IMG/VR virus record: IMGVR_UViG_3300036886_000363
Location: 1-64,000 of that record
Length of the DNA: 64,000 nt
Reading direction: 5' to 3' (one strand)
Source of the DNA: a virus
Every line of letters starts with the position of its first letter. Position 1 is the stretch's first letter. This document shows positions 62,796 to 64,000 of this stretch, in pieces. The notes beneath the pieces were generated by a model that made no database searches, had not been told where the DNA came from, and saw only the letters and a program-made list of their open reading frames with translations. Both the position numbers and the translations under genes were made by a program.

Positions 62796-63119
62796 ATGAG
62801 CCAGCAAGTTCTACCTCCCGATCCTACAAGGGCGCAGATATATCAGAACTCAAATTTCATAGCAACGAAGGTCTTGCTCCCCGATGGATCGGTTGTTGAT
62901 GGTCTTCCCGTTGATGTTCAGGGGAGTATAATCAATCTTAGTGATCTTGTTCCCTATCCCAAAGATGAGGCTGATTGCAGTTATGATGTGAATATGAATT
63001 TGTCACAGGTAGACTTTTATTATCAGGGAGTAAAAGTGGCAACACTTGTATTGAGTTATGTGTCTGCCGGATCCCCGGTTTCATATTATATTTCTAAGAT
63101 CAAGAGGACATTTCCATAA
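62796..63119 (+). CDS. putative virion protein
   Basis: ORF track; VATLVLSY beta-rich. Confidence 0.45.
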   Translation: MSQQVLPPDPTRAQIYQNSNFIATKVLLPDGSVVDGLPVDVQGSIINLSDLVPYPKDEADCSYDVNMNLSQVDFYYQGVKVATLVLSYVSAGSPVSYYISKIKRTFP

Positions 63120-63346
63120 TGGGAAAATTTATCTTCAACCCTTTTACTTGCAATCTCGACTATACAGAAACTGGTGGAGGAGGCGGAACTCCCGGTCCTC
63201 CTGGCCAAGGTGTCCCAGTTGGTGGGTCTCCTAATCAAGTTTTAGCTAAGAAAACTGCTGCCGATTATGATACTCAATGGCAAGACCAATCTGGTGGCGG
63301 GATAACTGTTCAGCAAGCAATCATGTATTCATTAATAGGTGGATAA
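63119..63346 (+). CDS. small virion protein with collagen-like and tail-fibre motifs
   Basis: FNPFTCNLD, GPPGQGVPVGGSPNQVLAKKTAADYDTQW. Confidence 0.6.
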   Translation: MGKFIFNPFTCNLDYTETGGGGGTPGPPGQGVPVGGSPNQVLAKKTAADYDTQWQDQSGGGITVQQAIMYSLIGG

Positions 63347-64000
63347 ATGTTAGCATTAAATAATGGAGATATAATCCAAGGAGATGCTACCAATGCAAAT
63401 CAGGTAGATTATTCCTTTTATGGATATAAAAATAGCGTATTGACAGCTCTCGCAAATGGGCAGCTCCCAGCGGTCAAGGGGATTCTTTATACAGCGGCTT
63501 CTGCTGATGCTGTTTTATCTATCGTCCTTGTTAATACAGGCGCAATGGTAAACAATATCAATCTTTATTATCTTCCAGCGTCTTCTCCTCAAACTTCAAG
63601 AAGGCTTATTGCCCAGAACTTACAGCTGCCGGCTGGATATTCTTTGCATTTTGATGGGCACACTGTAACAGTTCTTAGCAATACTGGAGCTGTTGTTTAT
63701 GTAGGTGCAACAGGTCAGGGATTTAATTGGCGTGGTGCATGGGTCTCGGGCAATAATTATGCAGCTTACGATGTATTGACTAATGCCGGGAATAGTTATC
63801 AGTGTATTCTTGCAATAAATAATTCAATTACAGTTCCGGGATCAGATCCAACTCACTTCTCATTGTTTGTTTCAATAGGCAGCACAGGGTCTCCTGGTTC
63901 TGTCTGGTATAATAGTATTGGTGTTCCAAGTGGAGCAACAGGAATTCTTGGCGATTATGATTTGAATGTTGTGAATGGAGATGTTTACCAGAAGCAGGGC
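63347..64000 (+). CDS. tail-fibre-like virion protein with CBM5/12-like module (3' truncated)
   Basis: Manual translation MLALNNGDII...FNWRGAWVSGNNYAAYDVLTNAGNSYQC...GILGDYDLNVVNGDVYQK; open to the window end. Confidence 0.6.
   Translation, partial: MLALNNGDIIQGDATNANQVDYSFYGYKNSVLTALANGQLPAVKGILYTAASADAVLSIVLVNTGAMVNNINLYYLPASSPQTSRRLIAQNLQLPAGYSLHFDGHTVTVLSNTGAVVYVGATGQGFNWRGAWVSGNNYAAYDVLTNAGNSYQCILAINNSITVPGSDPTHFSLFVSIGSTGSPGSVWYNSIGVPSGATGILGDYDLNVVNGDVYQKQG

Noticed and set aside
44784-62807. Minus-strand ORFs in the late arm
   Set aside because: Antisense shadows of plus-strand structural genes.
1-64000. Stop-codon reassignment, integrase/att site, reverse transcriptase or DGR, rRNA
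   Set aside because: Long genes are intact under code 11 and TAA, TAG and TGA are all used as stops. No integrase, RT (YxDD), TR/VR pair or rRNA sequence was recognised. The tyrosine-type catalytic motif present belongs to TopIB.

Overview
This 64-kb window is part of a large tailed dsDNA bacteriophage genome using the standard genetic code. The host is probably diderm (Gram-negative), given a lambda-R-like endolysin and Rz/Rz1-like spanins. Positions 1-44.0 kb are on the minus strand. They carry early genes (an AAA+/DUF1257/DUF2997/DUF3150-like module bracketed by two hammerhead ribozymes) and a self-contained replication and recombination set: initiator with iterons, primase, DnaB- and UvsW-like helicases, DnaE with a fused family-4 UDG, beta clamp, DnaX, DnaQ-like exonuclease, SSB, UvsY, RecA, 5' nuclease, resolvase, and split SbcC plus SbcD. 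They also carry a 7-deazaguanine DNA-modification cluster (queD, intein-containing queE, queC, PRTase-folE fusion, dpdA-like transglycosylase). Positions 44.4-64 kb are on the plus strand and carry TerS, lysis genes, TerL, virion proteins, a portal-topoisomerase IB fusion and a MuF head protein. The most unusual signals are five. (1) Five paralogous ~55-aa mini-ORFs resemble the missing N-terminus of the DpdA barrel; three need a frameshift and one of these fuses to DpdA. (2) Several head-region enzymes share an N-terminal MLLxD...[RK]DA leader, suggesting capsid-targeted cargo; the portal-TopIB fusion and an orphan TopIB active-site cassette lie in the same region. (3) Two tandem structured non-tRNA RNAs end in UCCA. 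(4) There are two type II hammerhead ribozymes. (5) Unrelated proteins share a C-terminal KRx[LI][DEQ]F peptide. All family assignments come from motif recognition by eye; no database searches were run.
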